In this document: in pieces, positions 35,759 to 45,101 of the stretch
Position numbering within the stretch: position 1 is the stretch's first letter
Layout: the number at the start of each line of letters is the position of its first letter
Assembly: GCA_965224025.1 (NCBI GenBank)
Contig: OZ245033.1
Coordinates: 1 to 64,000, forward strand
DNA from: Candidatus Multivorans sp.
GTDB lineage: Bacteria; Acidobacteriota; Thermoanaerobaculia; Multivoradales; Multivoraceae
DNA: 64,000 nucleotides
Direction of reading: 5' to 3'
Notes under the pieces: generated by a model
The model's input: only the letters and a program-made list of their open reading frames with translations
Database searches by the model: none
What the model was told of the DNA's origin: nothing
Made by a program: the position numbers and the translations under genes

Positions 35759-36162
35759 CCGACCTTCCTTCAGTGACTCCGGCAGGCCGGAAACGAAACC
35801 GACCGGCGGTCCCGGCTGCGGAAGCTGCCGGTCCCGCGGAAAACGGCAGACCGTTTCCCGCCGGACCTTGGAAAACCGGCAAGCCGGTTTCCCACAGCTA
35901 CCGCAGCCGCGACGGCTACTAGTCGATTCCACCTCTCTCAACGACCCACCAGAATCCACCCGAGAAAGGTACAGGTGCGCCGGCCGTTGCGCGGGCCTTC
36001 TGGCCCGCGACTGGGTGCGGCCCTCTGGCCGGCATCCGGCGCGAAGCGCCGGCGTCTGGCTCACCGTGAAACCCGCGACAATGCTAGAATCCGACGGCTT
36101 TCGCCTTGCCTTCCGTGCTGGGCGGGGTCTTGAACCATGTCCAGGCATCGTCTCTAATCGCC

Positions 36163-38655
36163 ATGTCTCTCCGCTCCGGGCTTACCGCGCTGCTCATCGC
36201 GGCCGCGCTGATCGCCGCGCCCGGGGAGGCGATCGTCTACGTCACGCCGACCGACGAGTCGTTGGTGGACCGGTCGCCGGTGATCGTCTTCGGCGAGATT
36301 CTGGCCGCGGAACCGGCGCCGGTCGACGGACTGCTGTCGACCGACTTCATGTTCCAGGTCGAAGACGTGCTGAAGGGGTTCGTCCCGGGCAGCATCATCG
36401 TCGTTCGCCAGCCGGGCGGCCGCAGGTCGGACGGGCTGGTCGGTTCGGTCATGGGCTTGCCGACTCTGGCCGAGGGCGACCGCGTGCTGCTCTTCCTCGA
36501 TCCGGCGAACGCCGTGTACCGGACGGTCGAGTTGTCCCTCGGCATGTTCTTCGAGGTGCCGGTGCGCGGCGGCACGGTGCTGCTGCGCGAGGCGTCGCTG
36601 CGCGAAGACATGTCCCCGCCCGGCAGCCCGGCGGCTCGGCGGCAGCCAAACCAGCCACGCGAGGCGGAGCGCTTCCGGCGCTGGATCGCCGACCGGGCCA
36701 GCGGCCTCGAGCGGGCGGCCGACTACTTCGCGCCTGAACTGGGCGAGAACCCGGCGGCCGTCGCCGAGGCGTTCCGGCTCACCGTGTCACCGGGCGAGTG
36801 CGACCGCGTGGGCGTGCCCGTCCGCTGGCGGGAGTTCGACCGCAACCGCGGCGTCGGTCTGGTGGTGCAGGCCGGAGGTCAGCCCGGTGTGCCGGGCGGC
36901 GGCATGGCCCAGGTACTTGCCGGTATGCGGGCCTGGAACGGCGATCCGCGGAGCCGCACGCGACTGATCAGCCTGGGCAGGTCGAACGAGGAGTTCTCGC
37001 TCAAGGTCGACGAGCAGAACTCGATCAGCTTCGAGGATCCGCACGACGAGATTGCGGGTTCCTTCAATCCGCGGCTCGGCGGCATTCTGGCCATCAACTG
37101 GGTGTTCTTCTACTGCGGCCAGGTGACCGAGCCGCACCGGATTCCGGGAGGCGGATCGCGGCAGGCTCTGCCGATCGTGGAGTCGAACATCACGACGCAG
37201 GACGGGTTCGAGGACTGGTTGGCCGCCAGTGCGGACCCCCGCCGCGACTTCGAGGAGATCATCGGCCACGAACTCGGCCACGCGCTGGGGATCAACCACG
37301 CCTGCGACCCGTCGGGGGGCTCGCCTTGCGATGAGGTGACGAACGAGGCCCTGATGCGCGCGAATGTCCACGGGGACGGGCGCGGCGCCGCGCTGAGCCG
37401 GGACGACCGGAACGCCGTGCGCGCCCTCTACCCGGAGATCGGCCCGGTGGGCCCGGTGGCGCCGGCGGCGGCGACCGACCTGACGGTCTCCGCGATCAGC
37501 CAGAACGAACTCGAACTCCGGTGGCGGGACCGCTCCGGCGACGAGACCGGCTTCGACATCTACGAGCGGATGGTCGACAGCGACTTCGAGCGCATCGCCA
37601 CCCTGGAGCGGAACAGCACTTCGGTCGTGATCCAGAACATCCCGCCCGCGACCTACCGCGCCTACCAGGTCGTGGCGCGGAACAACCGCGGCAGCTCCGA
37701 GCCGACACCGGAAGCGGGCGCCACGACTCTCGCTGGAGTGGCCGCCTGCGTGGAGGACGGCGACACGTTGTGTCTGAATGAGGGTCGCTTTCGGGTCGAA
37801 GTGCAATGGGAGACCGACAAGGAAAGCGACCGGGGCGATGCCGAGCCCTTGACCAACGACTCGGGCGATTTCTGGTTTTTCTCTCCGGACAACATCGAAC
37901 TCGTGGTCAAGGTCCTGGACGGGTGCGCCTTCAACGAACGCTTCTGGGTGTCCGCCGGCGGCTTGACCGACGTGAAGGTCATCATGACCGTGATCGACTC
38001 CGCGACCGGAGTCGCCGCGACGTACTACAACCCGCCGGGCACTCCCTTCCTGCCGGTTCAGGACAACGAGTCCTTCGCCGTCTGCTCCCAGGGACAGAAC
38101 CTGTACGGTCAAAGCCGGTACCTGCTGCCGGCTGGAGAGATGGAGTCCGTGCGCGGCGGCATGAACCGGGCGTCCCGGTTTGGTGAGCCGCTTACCGGAT
38201 CGCTCCGTCCCGGTTGGGCCGGGCTGCCCCAGGAAGAAGGCGGCGCCTGCGAGGTCGACGATCTCACGCTCTGCCTCGAAGGCGGCCGCTTCGCGGTCCA
38301 CGCGCGCTGGGAAACGGAAGACGGCCGCGGTGACGCCACGGCCTGGCCGCTCACCCGGGACACCGGCCTCTATTGGTTCTTCGGTCCGAACAACGTCGAG
38401 ATGGTGATCAAGGTGCTCGACGGGTGCGCGCTCAACGGCCACCGCTGGGTGTTCGCGGCTGGACTGACGGACGTGGCCGTGACGATGACGGTCATCGACA
38501 GTGAGACCGGCGAGAAGAGGGCCTACGAGAACCCCGCCGGCACCCTGTTCCAGCCGATCCAGGACGCGAAGGCGTTTTCCTGTTCGGCGCCGGCGCCGAC
38601 GGCTGCGGCAGGCGCTCGAGATCCTGGTCCGCATCCACGCGAAGCAGCGCGGTAG
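36163..38655 (+). CDS. Secreted matrixin-like zinc metalloprotease with FN3 and two C-terminal 'WFF..N.E..VKVLDGC' domains
   Basis: Signal peptide, HELGHALGINH, ALM Met-turn, W.D.S..E.GF FN3 motif. Confidence 0.85.
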   Translation: MSLRSGLTALLIAAALIAAPGEAIVYVTPTDESLVDRSPVIVFGEILAAEPAPVDGLLSTDFMFQVEDVLKGFVPGSIIVVRQPGGRRSDGLVGSVMGLPTLAEGDRVLLFLDPANAVYRTVELSLGMFFEVPVRGGTVLLREASLREDMSPPGSPAARRQPNQPREAERFRRWIADRASGLERAADYFAPELGENPAAVAEAFRLTVSPGECDRVGVPVRWREFDRNRGVGLVVQAGGQPGVPGGGMAQVLAGMRAWNGDPRSRTRLISLGRSNEEFSLKVDEQNSISFEDPHDEIAGSFNPRLGGILAINWVFFYCGQVTEPHRIPGGGSRQALPIVESNITTQDGFEDWLAASADPRRDFEEIIGHELGHALGINHACDPSGGSPCDEVTNEALMRANVHGDGRGAALSRDDRNAVRALYPEIGPVGPVAPAAATDLTVSAISQNELELRWRDRSGDETGFDIYERMVDSDFERIATLERNSTSVVIQNIPPATYRAYQVVARNNRGSSEPTPEAGATTLAGVAACVEDGDTLCLNEGRFRVEVQWETDKESDRGDAEPLTNDSGDFWFFSPDNIELVVKVLDGCAFNERFWVSAGGLTDVKVIMTVIDSATGVAATYYNPPGTPFLPVQDNESFAVCSQGQNLYGQSRYLLPAGEMESVRGGMNRASRFGEPLTGSLRPGWAGLPQEEGGACEVDDLTLCLEGGRFAVHARWETEDGRGDATAWPLTRDTGLYWFFGPNNVEMVIKVLDGCALNGHRWVFAAGLTDVAVTMTVIDSETGEKRAYENPAGTLFQPIQDAKAFSCSAPAPTAAAGARDPGPHPREAAR

Positions 38656-38794
38656 CGGCAGCAGCGGAGGCCTTCCACGACGGCGCGGCCACCCTCAGGC
38701 GCTAGGATTGGGAGGCGCGATCCGGCGTACTGTCTGAAGGGGCGCCTGCCTGCCGCGTGAAATGTTTCTTTGTCAGTGACCAAGAGGAGGTTGG

Positions 38795-39991
38795 ATGATG
38801 TTTCGAATCTGGGTTTGTTTGTGTTCTGTGTTCCTCGCATTCTTGCTCGTTCCGGCGTCGGCGCCGCTCGCGGCCCAGGAAGGGCGCGACCTGCTGGTCC
38901 CGGAAAGGACCGGGAAGGCTCATTTGAGCTTCGTTGACCGCGTGGACGCTGAACCGGTCTTGGCGCGAGACCGCCGGGTGTCGTCGGTTGGCTACCCTGC
39001 AGTCCGCGTCGCGCAACCCGCGACGGAGGTCTACGAGTACGACGACGGCGATCTCGATGAAGGTGTGTACCTCGTCGACGATGAAACCGAGGAGGTGTCC
39101 TTCGGGTTCGAGTTCGCTCAGCAGTTTCGTCTACGGCGAGCCGGAACGGTGCAATACGCGGTTGTTTGCCTGGGGAGGGGACCCGACGACACGAGCAGCG
39201 ACGCGGCATTCTCGCTGCACTTCTACTCGGGCGCCGGAAGTGTGCCGGGAGCGCTGTTGGCCGAGTACGACGCGCCCGACGCGCGACTTGACGAGCCCGG
39301 AACCTACAATTGCTTCGAAGTCGGAGGCGACGTGGAGGGTCTGCGGCTGGCTGGCGCCCAGGTCTGGGTTTCCGTGTCGTGGCAGCGCGGATCGCCGCCG
39401 GAGAACACGAAGTTCATGATGATCGACGAGAATGGCCCGGGCGGCGGCAGGCGAGCCTTCCGTGGTCGTTCGGAGGAGGGTGGCGAGTGGGACGAGTGGC
39501 TGGCCGACACGGATCAGGACACGAAGGCCTACGGCATTCGACTGGCGGTAGACCATCTGGACGAACCGGACCCCGACCCGGATCCCCCCGACCCCGATCC
39601 CGATCCCGATCCGCCGCCGACCGATGAGGGCTACACCGACTGCGTGCCCGAGACGACGCCGCTCGTCTTCGGCGACTACAAGGTCAGCATGTGTTACGAG
39701 ACGCAAGAAGCGAAGATCGGCGAGGGCAAGGCGGGTATCTGGGCGTCGGAGGAATCGGGCCTGCTCTGGTTCTTCAGCCGGAGCAACGCGGAAGTCCTGA
39801 TCAAGGTGCTGAACGGTTGCTCCTACAACGGCCACCGCTGGGTGTTCGTGGCGCCGGTGACCGACCTCGCCTTCAACCTCTACGTGACGGACAGCGGAGA
39901 CAGCGGAGGCCGTAGGTGGTCCCATCGCAATCGGCTGGGCGATCCGGCCACAAACAGGGTCGATACGTCGGCGTTCCGGTGCCGCGAGTAG
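38795..39991 (+). CDS. Secreted protein with PD-rich linker and the same C-terminal domain
   Basis: Signal peptide, YDDG motif, DPDPDPPDPDPDP, LLWFFSRSNAEVLIKVLNGC. Confidence 0.8.
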   Translation: MMFRIWVCLCSVFLAFLLVPASAPLAAQEGRDLLVPERTGKAHLSFVDRVDAEPVLARDRRVSSVGYPAVRVAQPATEVYEYDDGDLDEGVYLVDDETEEVSFGFEFAQQFRLRRAGTVQYAVVCLGRGPDDTSSDAAFSLHFYSGAGSVPGALLAEYDAPDARLDEPGTYNCFEVGGDVEGLRLAGAQVWVSVSWQRGSPPENTKFMMIDENGPGGGRRAFRGRSEEGGEWDEWLADTDQDTKAYGIRLAVDHLDEPDPDPDPPDPDPDPDPPPTDEGYTDCVPETTPLVFGDYKVSMCYETQEAKIGEGKAGIWASEESGLLWFFSRSNAEVLIKVLNGCSYNGHRWVFVAPVTDLAFNLYVTDSGDSGGRRWSHRNRLGDPATNRVDTSAFRCRE

Positions 39992-41649
39992 TTCGAGCGC
40001 TCTCTCTGGTTGCAACGGCACTCGCGGCGGTGCCCGCGGCGGCGATCGTATACGTCTTTCCAACCGACGAGTCGATCGTGGCGCGGTCGGAAGTGATCGT
40101 GTTCGCCGAGGTGCGGTCCGCCGCGCCGGCGGCTGACGCGAGCCAGCCGTCCACGGACTACGCGGTCGAGGTCGTGGAGGTGCTGAAGGGCTTCGTACCC
40201 GGCGGCACGATCATCGTCCGTCAACCTGGGGGCGTCGGCGCCAACGGCGTGGCGATGAAGGTCCTCGGCGTGCCCATGTTGGCCGACGGAGATCGGGTCC
40301 TCCTCTTTCTCGATCCGGTGGACGATGTGTACCGTCCGGTCGAATTCGCGCTGGGCATGTTCTTCGAGGTCCGCGTCGGGGAACGTGTCCTGCTGGTTCG
40401 CGAACCCTCGCTTCGGGGCGAGGCGCCGGCCCCGGGCGACCCGGCGGCCGCCGAGCGGGTCCGGCGCCGCCGGCCCCGCGACGCGGCCCGTTTCCGCCGT
40501 TGGATCGTGGACCAGGCTTCCGGTGTCGAGCGGCCGGCCGACTACTTCGACGCCGGCTGGCCGGATTGGCCTCTCGCGGTCGCCGAGCCGTTCCGGGTCA
40601 CCCGCAGTCCTTCGGTCTGCCTCCACGAGGGCCTCCCAATCCGGTGGCGAGAGTTCGACCGCGGCGAGAGAGTGGGCTTGACCGTCCAGGCGGGCGATCA
40701 GCCGGGGGTGCCCGGCGGCGGCCTGTCCCAGGTGCGCGCAGCCATCCGCGCGTGGAACGAGGATCCCGAGAGCCGCGTGAACCTGGTCCTTGACGGCACA
40801 TCGAGCAAGGAGTTCCTGATCGACGATGTCGACGGAGTGAACTCGATCTCCTACGAAGATCCGTTCGACGAGATCCCGGGATCCTACGAGCACGGCGGTG
40901 GCGGCGTGATCGCGATCACGTACGCGTTCTTCTTCTGCGACGCGTCGGTCACGCCGCACGGCATTCCGGGCAACGAATCGATCGAGGCGCTTGTGATCGT
41001 CGAGGCGAACGTGACCACCCAGGACGGCTACGAGGAGTGGGTGAGCTCGAACTCGAATCCGCGCAAAGCGCACGAGGAGGTCATGGCCCACGAGTTCGGC
41101 CATGTACTGGGGATATCCCACCCCTGCGGCGATCGCGCCAGCGGCAACTGCGACAGCGTGACCGCGGAGGCGCTGATGCGCGCCAGGGTCCACGGCGACG
41201 GCCGCGGCGCCGCGCTCAACAGCGACGACCGGGCCGCCGTGCGCCACCTGTATCCGGTTCCGCGCGATCCGTATCCCGACCCGCCGCAGGGACCTGGATA
41301 CACGAGTTGCCGTCCGGAGACCACGCCGCTCGTTTTCGACGGGGGCTATGAGGTGCGCATGTGCTACGAGACGCCGGCCGGCGAGGTCGGCGAGGCGAAG
41401 TCCGGCATCTGGGCCTCGTCCGAGTCGGGCCTGCTCTGGTTCTTCAGCCGCACCAATGCGGAGGTCCTGATCAAGGTGCTGGACGGGTGTCGTTTCAACG
41501 GTCACCGCTGGGTCTTCGCGGCCCCGGTCACCGACGTGGCCTTCAATCTGTACGTCACGGACGGCAACGGGCACTATTGGCGCCACTTCAACCGGCAGGG
41601 TGAGAAGGCGGCGACGAAGACGGACACCATGGCCTTCAGGTGCAACTGA
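39979..41649 (+). CDS. Secreted zinc metalloprotease, paralog of 36163-38655 (start uncertain)
   Basis: IVYVFPTDES N-terminus, HEFGHVLGISH, shared C-terminal domain. Confidence 0.82.
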   Translation: MPRVVRALSLVATALAAVPAAAIVYVFPTDESIVARSEVIVFAEVRSAAPAADASQPSTDYAVEVVEVLKGFVPGGTIIVRQPGGVGANGVAMKVLGVPMLADGDRVLLFLDPVDDVYRPVEFALGMFFEVRVGERVLLVREPSLRGEAPAPGDPAAAERVRRRRPRDAARFRRWIVDQASGVERPADYFDAGWPDWPLAVAEPFRVTRSPSVCLHEGLPIRWREFDRGERVGLTVQAGDQPGVPGGGLSQVRAAIRAWNEDPESRVNLVLDGTSSKEFLIDDVDGVNSISYEDPFDEIPGSYEHGGGGVIAITYAFFFCDASVTPHGIPGNESIEALVIVEANVTTQDGYEEWVSSNSNPRKAHEEVMAHEFGHVLGISHPCGDRASGNCDSVTAEALMRARVHGDGRGAALNSDDRAAVRHLYPVPRDPYPDPPQGPGYTSCRPETTPLVFDGGYEVRMCYETPAGEVGEAKSGIWASSESGLLWFFSRTNAEVLIKVLDGCRFNGHRWVFAAPVTDVAFNLYVTDGNGHYWRHFNRQGEKAATKTDTMAFRCN

Positions 41650-41764
41650 AGCTCCCTGGGAACGCGGGCGCGCCGCCGCGCGGCGGCGTGCGCGAGTCGT
41701 TGGAAGCCCCACGTCCGTAGCGACACGTTCCCCGCCACATCCCCGTCCTGTAGCGTCGCGCATC

Positions 41765-42928
41765 ATGCGGATCGCCGTCGTCTGGAACCACGGCACGCCC
41801 CTGAGCCGGTGCTCGTTCCGGTTCGAGGAGTACATCCGCGGCCTCGAAGAACTCGGCCACGAGGCGTTCGTCGTCTGCCCGCAGTCCTCTGACGACGGCT
41901 TCCCCGTGCCGACCTTCTGCCCACCAGTCGGCGAGGGGCTGGCGAACCGGGACTTCTGGTTCGATCTCAAGGTCCACGTCGCGATTCTGCCGTCTTTCCA
42001 CCAGATGTCCGGCCTGCTCGAGTTGCTGGTGGGTATCGGTGTGCGCACGATCGCCATGGGGGACTCGGACGGGCAGATGGGGTTGCGGGCCTTTCCGCTC
42101 GCGACGATGAGACGGACGGTCTACGCCGGCGCCTTCGACCGGAGGCAGCGGCGCCGGCAGTTGGCCAGGCTCGGGCTTCGCTACCTGCGCTCGTTCCAGC
42201 GCCGCGATCCGCAGGACGCCGAGTTCCTGCGCAGCGCCAGGTTCTCCGACCTGCTGATCCTGGGCAACGCGGAGTCGCGCGACCACTTCCGTCGTTTCCT
42301 GCGCAAGGCCGGCGCCGGCGACCATGCCGAACGGGTCCACGTGGCGCCGCTCGCGATCAACAGGGTCTTTTGCGAGTTCCCCGGCCTCGAACGGGAGCGC
42401 CGCGGCCTGGTGGCGATCGGCCGCTGGGACGACCCCCAGAAGAACGCGCCTCTGTTGGCCGGGGCGCTGACCCGCTATCTCGCCACCGCCGGCGACGAGG
42501 AAGAACAGCCGGTCCACATCTTCGGCGACGGCGGCGAAGAGCACTTCCGAGACCTGTGCGGGCGGTTCCCCGGTGTCGTCTACAGGGGTCCTCGGCACCC
42601 GCCGGTGCTGGCCGAGGCGCTCGCCGGCAGCCGCTCCATCGTCTTTTCCTCGCGCTGGGAGGGCTCCCCGCACGCCGGCTGCGAGGCCCTCTCCATGGGC
42701 GCGACGATCATCGGCACGCCGATCCCGAGCTTCCGGAGCTGGTCCGAAGACGGCGCTTACGGCCGGGTCGCATCCGCCCACCGCGCCGGTCCCCTGGCCA
42801 ATGCGATCGCGGCGGAGCAGGCCGCCTGGCGCCGCGGCGAGCGAGACCCGGTTAGCATCGCCGCGGTGTGGCGCGAAAGGAGTTCCGGCCGCGGCGTCTG
42901 CAAGGCGATGCTGGCGGCCCTGTCGTGA
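41765..42928 (+). CDS. Glycosyltransferase, GT4-like
   Basis: IGRW..QKN and SRWEGSPHAGCEALSMG (EX7E) motifs. Confidence 0.85.
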   Translation: MRIAVVWNHGTPLSRCSFRFEEYIRGLEELGHEAFVVCPQSSDDGFPVPTFCPPVGEGLANRDFWFDLKVHVAILPSFHQMSGLLELLVGIGVRTIAMGDSDGQMGLRAFPLATMRRTVYAGAFDRRQRRRQLARLGLRYLRSFQRRDPQDAEFLRSARFSDLLILGNAESRDHFRRFLRKAGAGDHAERVHVAPLAINRVFCEFPGLERERRGLVAIGRWDDPQKNAPLLAGALTRYLATAGDEEEQPVHIFGDGGEEHFRDLCGRFPGVVYRGPRHPPVLAEALAGSRSIVFSSRWEGSPHAGCEALSMGATIIGTPIPSFRSWSEDGAYGRVASAHRAGPLANAIAAEQAAWRRGERDPVSIAAVWRERSSGRGVCKAMLAALS

Positions 42929-45099
42929 CCGCCCGACCGCTCGAGGTCATCCTCGACACCACCGAGCGCTGCAACCTGAAGTGCAAGATGTGCTACTTCT
43001 CCGCGGTCGACCGGCTGCAGTTCCTGCCCTTCGACCGGAACCTGTCGCGCACCGGCATGATGCCGCTCGATACCTTCGGCCAAGTCGCGGCCGACCTGTT
43101 CCCGCGCGCCCACCGCGTCGCCCTCGGATGCGCCGCCGAGCCCCTGGTGCATCCGAAGTTCATCGACATCGTCCGCGAGGCGGGGAGCTACCGCATCCCG
43201 GACCTCTGGTTCCCCACCAATCTGCTGCCGCTCACTCCGCCCAAGGCGGAGGCGATCTGCGAGGCGGGGGTCAAGACGGTCGGCGTGTCGATGGACGGCA
43301 CCCGACCTGAGACCTACGAGACGATCCGGGTCGGCGCCACGTTCGCCCGGCTGATGCGCTCGCTCGATCTTCTGAACGAGGTTCGGCGGGGCGCCGCCAC
43401 CCGCCTGCGGCTCATCTTCGTCTGGATGCAAACGAACCGCGCCGACCTCGCCGATCTGCCGCGCTTCGCCGAGGAGGTCGGCGCCAGCGAGCTCGACGTC
43501 CGGTTCGTCGCGCCGACCGCCCACGTCACTGCCGAGGACGAACTGCTCGACGGCGAGGATCCGGGCGCCCTGCGGGCCGAGCTGGCCGCGGCCGCCGAAG
43601 ACGCGGCCGCCCGGGGCCTCCGGCTCGTGTCCTACCCCGACTTCGACGACGGCGGCGCGATCGGGCTCCGCGGCCACCTGCTGCGCTGGCGCGCCGGGCT
43701 CTACGACCGCCGGCGCCTGCGCGGTCGCGTCCGGACCGCGGTCGCCGGCTGCGCCTGGCCCCGCCACACCGTCGTCGTGCGGCCGAACGGCGCCGTCTCG
43801 CCGTGCATTTTCTGGGAAGAGCAGCCGATTGGCCTCTACCCCGAGACGACGCTCGCCGAAGTCGAGCGCTCACCGCTCCTTTCCTCGATCACCGACGGCC
43901 TGCGCACCGGCAACCCCTGCGGCACCTGCCGCACCTGCTCCGAACGCAAGCACGCCCTGTACTTCCGGCTCCAGTGGCGGCAGCAGGTCGAAGAACGCCT
44001 CGAACAACTCGGCCCCGGCCCCGGGACCGCCGGCCTTGTCCCCGCTTCGTCCCCTTCCAGGGACGCCCGCGGCGACACGAGGTCGGTTGCAGTAGAGCAC
44101 CCCGGTCCCTCTGACGCCGTATCTCTGCGCGCGCGGGCCTTCGGGCCCGCCGGTAACGCGGGTCTTCTGACCCGCGAGGCAACCAGGGCGCGAAGCGGCG
44201 AGCGCGAGCCGCCCACCCCCACATGGGGCCTGCCCGCCCCCGTCCGCGCCGCCTCCTCCGCCTCCGCCCCCGGCGACTGGATCGCCGAGCACGCCCCCGA
44301 CGCACCGCACGACCGCGTCCTCCTCGTCGGCGACGCCGCCTGGGCCCCCGAGCTCCTCCGCACCGGCTTCGCCGCCCATGTCGACATCGTCGCACCCCCT
44401 GGGACCGCGGGCGTCCCGTCCGCATCAAGCGCGCCGCCGCGCAACGGCGCGCCCGAGCCGCGGTCCGATCCCCCCATCCAGCACCTCCTCCTCGACCCCC
44501 GCCGCCCCGAACTCCCCGCGGCCGCCTACGAGGCCGTGTGCTGCATCGGCGGCTTCTCCGCCCACCTGCGGCTTGAGCGCCTCCTGATCGCCGTGCTCGA
44601 GGCCCTCGAACCCGGCGGCAAGTTGATCGTCGACGACTACGTCGGTCCGGCCCGGCACCAGTGGAACGGCCGCGCCGCCGCCGCCGCCGCCGCGGCCTTT
44701 CGCCGCCTCCCGGCTACCGCCCGCCGATTCGGCCGGCTGCCCCTGCCCCCGATCGAGGGCGACTGCGCCCACGCCATCCGTTCCCGGGACCTGGGTCGCC
44801 TGATCCGCACCGGCTTCCGGGTCGAATCCGTCCGCCCCTACGGCGGCGATCTGGTCGCCCCCCTTGGTTCCTGCGTGGACTGGCGTCGACTTTCCGCGGA
44901 CGAGCTGCGCCGCCTGGCGCGGGGCTCCGGCCGCTTGAGAGCCCACTACGCGCTGACCGTCGCGAGACCGCATAGCGGCTTGGCCAGACGGCTCGCGCGA
45001 CTGCGCTACCAGGTCGGGCCGAAGGTGCGCCGCGTGTTGATCTACGAGCCGCGCCGCGCCCGCGACCTGGTCCTCCAGGCGCTGCGGGGGCAGGTGTAG
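42925..45099 (+). CDS. Radical SAM/SPASM protein fused to a class I methyltransferase-like domain via a REP-containing linker
   Basis: CNLKCKMC; C..P..NG.VSPC..C..C; LEPGGKLIVDDYVGP; single open frame. Confidence 0.8.
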   Translation: MTARPLEVILDTTERCNLKCKMCYFSAVDRLQFLPFDRNLSRTGMMPLDTFGQVAADLFPRAHRVALGCAAEPLVHPKFIDIVREAGSYRIPDLWFPTNLLPLTPPKAEAICEAGVKTVGVSMDGTRPETYETIRVGATFARLMRSLDLLNEVRRGAATRLRLIFVWMQTNRADLADLPRFAEEVGASELDVRFVAPTAHVTAEDELLDGEDPGALRAELAAAAEDAAARGLRLVSYPDFDDGGAIGLRGHLLRWRAGLYDRRRLRGRVRTAVAGCAWPRHTVVVRPNGAVSPCIFWEEQPIGLYPETTLAEVERSPLLSSITDGLRTGNPCGTCRTCSERKHALYFRLQWRQQVEERLEQLGPGPGTAGLVPASSPSRDARGDTRSVAVEHPGPSDAVSLRARAFGPAGNAGLLTREATRARSGEREPPTPTWGLPAPVRAASSASAPGDWIAEHAPDAPHDRVLLVGDAAWAPELLRTGFAAHVDIVAPPGTAGVPSASSAPPRNGAPEPRSDPPIQHLLLDPRRPELPAAAYEAVCCIGGFSAHLRLERLLIAVLEALEPGGKLIVDDYVGPARHQWNGRAAAAAAAAFRRLPATARRFGRLPLPPIEGDCAHAIRSRDLGRLIRTGFRVESVRPYGGDLVAPLGSCVDWRRLSADELRRLARGSGRLRAHYALTVARPHSGLARRLARLRYQVGPKVRRVLIYEPRRARDLVLQALRGQV

Positions 45100-45101
45100 C
45101 C

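Larger units (their letters stand above)
34264..35975 (-). mobile_element. Complete IS110-family element with GG core at both junctions
   Basis: Removing it restores CACTGGGTGCGCCGGCCGTTGCGCGGGCCTTCTGGCCCGCG, matching REP copies at 33481 and 60204-60250; no terminal IRs. Confidence 0.92.

Noticed and set aside
35574-35882. 103-aa N-terminal extension of the IS110 transposase
   Set aside because: RBS and DEDD domain begin at 35573; the upstream region is structured non-coding sequence.
34251-35981. GGTGCGCC at both sides of the IS read as an 8-bp target duplication
   Set aside because: The left copy belongs to a tandem within the REP target (compare 33481); guides and junction promoter indicate a 2-bp GG core.
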